This document shows positions 60,693-64,000 of a DNA stretch of 64,000 nucleotides, piece by piece (position 1 is the stretch's first letter; every line of letters begins with the position of its first letter). The DNA is taken from contig CAWIXE010000003.1 in the NCBI GenBank assembly GCA_963840035.1, forward strand, positions 1 through 64,000, read 5' to 3'. Both the position numbers and the translations under genes were made by a program. The notes beneath the pieces were generated by a model that was not told the DNA's origin, searched no databases, and saw only the letters and a program-made list of their open reading frames with translations. Source of the stretch: a candidate division FCPU426 bacterium (GTDB lineage Bacteria > Oederibacteriota > PGYV01 > Palsa-1178).

Positions 60693-61418
60693 ATGATAAA
60701 ACTTACAGACCTTAAAAAGGATTACGGAGATTTTACCGCTGTTAAAAACCTTAACCTCGAGATAAAAAAAGGCGATGTGTTCGGGTTTCTGGGGCCCAAC
60801 GGCGCGGGGAAAACATCCACCATTAAAATGATGTGCGGGCTTACTTCCATAACCTCGGGCGACGCTCAGATAGACGGCATATCCATCCTGAAAGACCCGG
60901 TGGGTTACAAGAGACAGTTCGCCCTTATTCCGGATAAACCCTACATGTTCGAAAAATTGCGCGGCATTGAATACATGGAATTCATAGCAAACCTTTATGA
61001 CGTAAAAAAAGAGCGGTATAAGGAACTCCTGAACAAATACGCGCCTATTTTCGGCGTAGATGAATATGTCAATGACTTCATAGAGAGCTATTCCCACGGG
61101 ATGAGCCAAAAACTGCTCATCGTCGCCTCCCTTATTCATACACCCAAGGTATTCATATTGGACGAGCCCATGGTCGGGCTTGACCCGAAATCCATGAAAA
61201 CCCTGCGCCACGAGTTCAAAAAGCTCGGAAAAGAGGGGATGACCGTTTTCATGTCCACACATTCGCTTGATACGGCCGAGGAGGTATGCTCCACGGTGGG
61301 AATCATCGACAGGGGGGTGCTGCTGGAATCCGGAAATATAAAGCAGATAAAGAAAAAAAGGAAGAGCAGAAAACTTGAGGATATATTCTTCAAACTTACC
61401 GAACCGGGAGTAAAATGA
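60693..61418 (+). CDS. ABC transporter ATP-binding protein
   Basis: GPNGAGKTS, YSHGM, ILDEPMVGLDP, STH. Confidence 0.95.
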   Translation: MIKLTDLKKDYGDFTAVKNLNLEIKKGDVFGFLGPNGAGKTSTIKMMCGLTSITSGDAQIDGISILKDPVGYKRQFALIPDKPYMFEKLRGIEYMEFIANLYDVKKERYKELLNKYAPIFGVDEYVNDFIESYSHGMSQKLLIVASLIHTPKVFILDEPMVGLDPKSMKTLRHEFKKLGKEGMTVFMSTHSLDTAEEVCSTVGIIDRGVLLESGNIKQIKKKRKSRKLEDIFFKLTEPGVK

Positions 61419-63064
61419 GGGATAACGCGTGGCTCAACAGGTTTTATTTCACGCAGTTTATAAATAAGCTCTTAAACCCGACAAAAGAGGGGCTGATAAA
61501 ATCGTTCCTTGTCCTTTTATTCGCCGCCGGATTTTTTCCCATAGTCTATCAGCTCTTTTTCTTCATCTTCAAGCACTTCTATTCCGTGCCATTTATCGGC
61601 GGGCTTTTGGTCAGCAAACTCTTATACACGTTTTTCCTGACATTCTCTGTAATGATAATCCTTTCCTCGGTCGTATCGGCCATCCCGATACTATACTTAA
61701 GCCGCGACATGGATTTCCTTTTTTCATCGCCCATCAAGGTGGAATCGGTATTCGCCTCCCAGGCGCTTAAGATCATAGCGGGCGCGAGCTGGATGATACT
61801 CTTAATGAGCCTGCCCATATTCGCCGCTTACGCGAAGGTGCTGAAAATCGGGCTGGACCAGTACCTGTTCATCATAATAGCGCACGTCCCGTTTTTCATC
61901 ATACTGGCCTGCATCGGAATCGTCCTTACCATAGTGCTTGTCCGATATTTCCCGGCTGAAAATGTCCGCAATATCGCGCTGGCTTTAAGCGGAATATTTG
62001 TGGTCATATTTGTCATATACTTCAGGATGCTCCAGCCTGAAAAACTCTCCGGCTCAAGTTTTGTGGAGGTGAATTCCTTCATACAGAATTTAAGGACGCC
62101 TGAGTCGCCGTGGCTGCCGCATACCCAGTTCGTCAGGCTCATTGAAAAGATATCCGCGAGCGGCATATACGCCGGCATTGGCCCGTTCCTGTATTTTCTG
62201 TCCGCAAGCTTTATCATCCTGGCGCTGGTGCTTAAAGCGTCCGGTTCCCTGTATTTTGAGGGCTATGGAAGGAAAGGCGCTTACATAAAACAAAAGCCCT
62301 TGGCAGAGGCGTATGAGTATAAAAAGAAACTTAAATTTTTGTCCCAGATGGATAAGGACTTTAAATACCTGGTGCGCGACACATCGCAGTGGATACAGCT
62401 GGTTTTTCTCACGGGCATTGTCTTCATATACCTTTTCAACCTGTATAAACTGCCTTCCGAACTTTACGGCCTTAAGGATTTCATATTCTTCCTGAACATA
62501 GGGTTCATAGGCATGGTGTTATCCGCCGTGGGAGCTAGGTTCGTCCTGCCGGTGATTTCAACCGAGGGGAAGGGGTTCTGGATATTTAAGACGGCGCCCA
62601 TGTCCATGGAGCAGTTTGTCATGTACAAATTCATAGTATACAGCCTGCCGCTTGTCATAACCGGGCAGATTGTGGCATTCATATCGGTGAGTATGCTAAA
62701 GCCGGGGGCGTTCATCGACATCCTGACGTTCTTTTCCACTTTTTTTATAACCATAGTAATATCCTCGGTGGGAATAGGCTTCGGGGCGTATTTCGCCAAT
62801 TTTAACATAAAAAACCCCGAGGACCTGATAACCGGGGTGGCAGGGCTTGCTTACATGTTCGTTTCCTTCCTGTTCGTGGCGCTGGTGCTTTTCATAGAGG
62901 CGGGCATAGTAAAGGATTATTATATGTCCAGGCTGGTTAAGGCATATGCCTTTAAACCCTGGTCTTATACGGTTAATTTTCTTCTGATATTTCTGGCCGC
63001 CATAATAATATCGTCAGCTGCCATATGGGCCGGCATACGCAAACTAAAGAGGATGGAAATATAG
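61415..63064 (+). CDS. Putative ABC-2 type exporter permease
   Basis: Many TM helices; YLSRDMDFLFSSP, ISTEGKGFWI.KTAP; ATGA overlap with the ATPase gene. Confidence 0.85.
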   Translation: MRDNAWLNRFYFTQFINKLLNPTKEGLIKSFLVLLFAAGFFPIVYQLFFFIFKHFYSVPFIGGLLVSKLLYTFFLTFSVMIILSSVVSAIPILYLSRDMDFLFSSPIKVESVFASQALKIIAGASWMILLMSLPIFAAYAKVLKIGLDQYLFIIIAHVPFFIILACIGIVLTIVLVRYFPAENVRNIALALSGIFVVIFVIYFRMLQPEKLSGSSFVEVNSFIQNLRTPESPWLPHTQFVRLIEKISASGIYAGIGPFLYFLSASFIILALVLKASGSLYFEGYGRKGAYIKQKPLAEAYEYKKKLKFLSQMDKDFKYLVRDTSQWIQLVFLTGIVFIYLFNLYKLPSELYGLKDFIFFLNIGFIGMVLSAVGARFVLPVISTEGKGFWIFKTAPMSMEQFVMYKFIVYSLPLVITGQIVAFISVSMLKPGAFIDILTFFSTFFITIVISSVGIGFGAYFANFNIKNPEDLITGVAGLAYMFVSFLFVALVLFIEAGIVKDYYMSRLVKAYAFKPWSYTVNFLLIFLAAIIISSAAIWAGIRKLKRMEI

Positions 63065-63130
63065 CTGTCAGCGCGGTTAAAATCAGCGACGGACTTTGCG
63101 GGGCTGGTTTAACTGAGCCGCGGCAATAAT

Positions 63131-64000
63131 ATGAAAAGGGGATTTAATTTGGAAAAACACGGGGTCTTAAGGTATTTTCTGGACAGGAAATATGAAATAG
63201 CTTTTTTTTCGGCGCTTGCGGTATTCTTGCTGAATTGCGCCAGATATTCCGCCGGGCTTAACCTGTGGGGCGACGAGGCTTTTTATATGGGCCTCGCATC
63301 CTCAAGTTTCGGGGATATAATGAAAAACATCACGAACCATTCGCCGGTTTACCCGTTTTTTCTGAAGCTGGTTATTTCGGTTGCCGGCGCCTCCTTTAAG
63401 TCGGAGGTCATCGTGCGCATGGTACACGCCGTTATTTTCGCGGGAGGGCTGTGTTTCGGATACGCCTCGCTTAAGGCTGTTTTCGGACGCGGATGGATGC
63501 CGGTGCTGGCGGCTTTGTACGCCATGTTAATACCCGGCTATATGTTTTACGCCACCAATATAAAGATGTACTCGCTTACCTTCCTTTTTTCCATGTGGGT
63601 CATTTACGCGGTACTGCGCCTTATAATCGCGGAAAAGGGTTTTTCCGCGAAAAAAAACTGGGACATACCGCTGGCGGGTTTTTTACTGATAATTTCGGAC
63701 TATACGGGGCTGCTCTATTATTTTATGGCAGCCGTGTTTGTTTTATTAAAAACGGGGAATAAAAAGTCAATACTTCCGGCGGCAGCCGTGCTTTCAGCGC
63801 CGCTTGTGCTCGTGGCGCTGCTTATGGGGCCGGGTTTTTTTGCCTCTATCGGGGTGATAATGCAATTAGTCACAGACTGGCTGCAGAGGAGCATTCACGG
63901 GAAGGGCGGCACGTTCGCGCTGGCTTCAGGGTTGTTTTTTAAGGCGGGCCGCCCATTTTTTGAATTATCGGATATATCTTTTACTTTTGCAGTATTCCCC
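63131..64000 (+). CDS. GT-C fold membrane glycosyltransferase-like protein (runs off the window)
   Basis: Hand translation from ATG 63131: TM helix, then NLWGDEAFY..NHSPVYPFFLK, followed by hydrophobic segments. Confidence 0.65.
   Translation, partial: MKRGFNLEKHGVLRYFLDRKYEIAFFSALAVFLLNCARYSAGLNLWGDEAFYMGLASSSFGDIMKNITNHSPVYPFFLKLVISVAGASFKSEVIVRMVHAVIFAGGLCFGYASLKAVFGRGWMPVLAALYAMLIPGYMFYATNIKMYSLTFLFSMWVIYAVLRLIIAEKGFSAKKNWDIPLAGFLLIISDYTGLLYYFMAAVFVLLKTGNKKSILPAAAVLSAPLVLVALLMGPGFFASIGVIMQLVTDWLQRSIHGKGGTFALASGLFFKAGRPFFELSDISFTFAVFP

Overview
The window joins two unrelated genomic segments at about position 20,830. Segment A (1 to ~20,830) is roughly 70-75% GC in spot counts and looks actinobacterial, probably Thermoleophilia/Solirubrobacterales. 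It carries nadK, tlyA, dxs, ispA, xseB, an LLM-SCP2 fusion, a baeRF-type release factor, a secreted Ig-like protein, RNase HI, an EF-G paralogue, a WhiG/FliA sigma factor, xerC, an L,D-transpeptidase and ilvD. Most of its genes have single-base frameshifts, most likely uncorrected read errors, and it contains two copies of a mosaic palindromic intergenic element. Segment B (~20,830-64,000) is about 45% GC with clean reading frames, from a diderm anaerobe-like organism (Goldbacteria/Firestonebacteria-like, a low-confidence guess). It contains: (i) a surface-protein locus with FlgD-Ig/T9SS-CTD-like cargo, two PorV-family barrels (one TPR-fused), a HAMP-PP2C phosphatase, a STAS protein and LacI; (ii) a heavily deleted group II intron RT relic; (iii) a large oxidative-defence cluster with a PerR-type box (NROR-like reductase, ferritin, PerR, Bcp, FprA, Dfx, rubrerythrin, 2-oxoacid:ferredoxin oxidoreductase, peroxiredoxin), ending in an unusual envelope module of an exported SOR-like protein plus barrel-DOMON-DOMON-barrel; (iv) the pentose-phosphate genes tkt-gnd-zwf-pgl, Fe-ADH, an IS30 element, rubredoxin and an ABC exporter. 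Segment B spacers are filled with several palindromic repeat families, including 7-nt-periodic inverted arrays. The best candidate for an undescribed system is the outer-membrane barrel / heme-type DOMON lipoprotein / exported SOR-like module. All assignments come from motif recognition by eye; no database searches were run.
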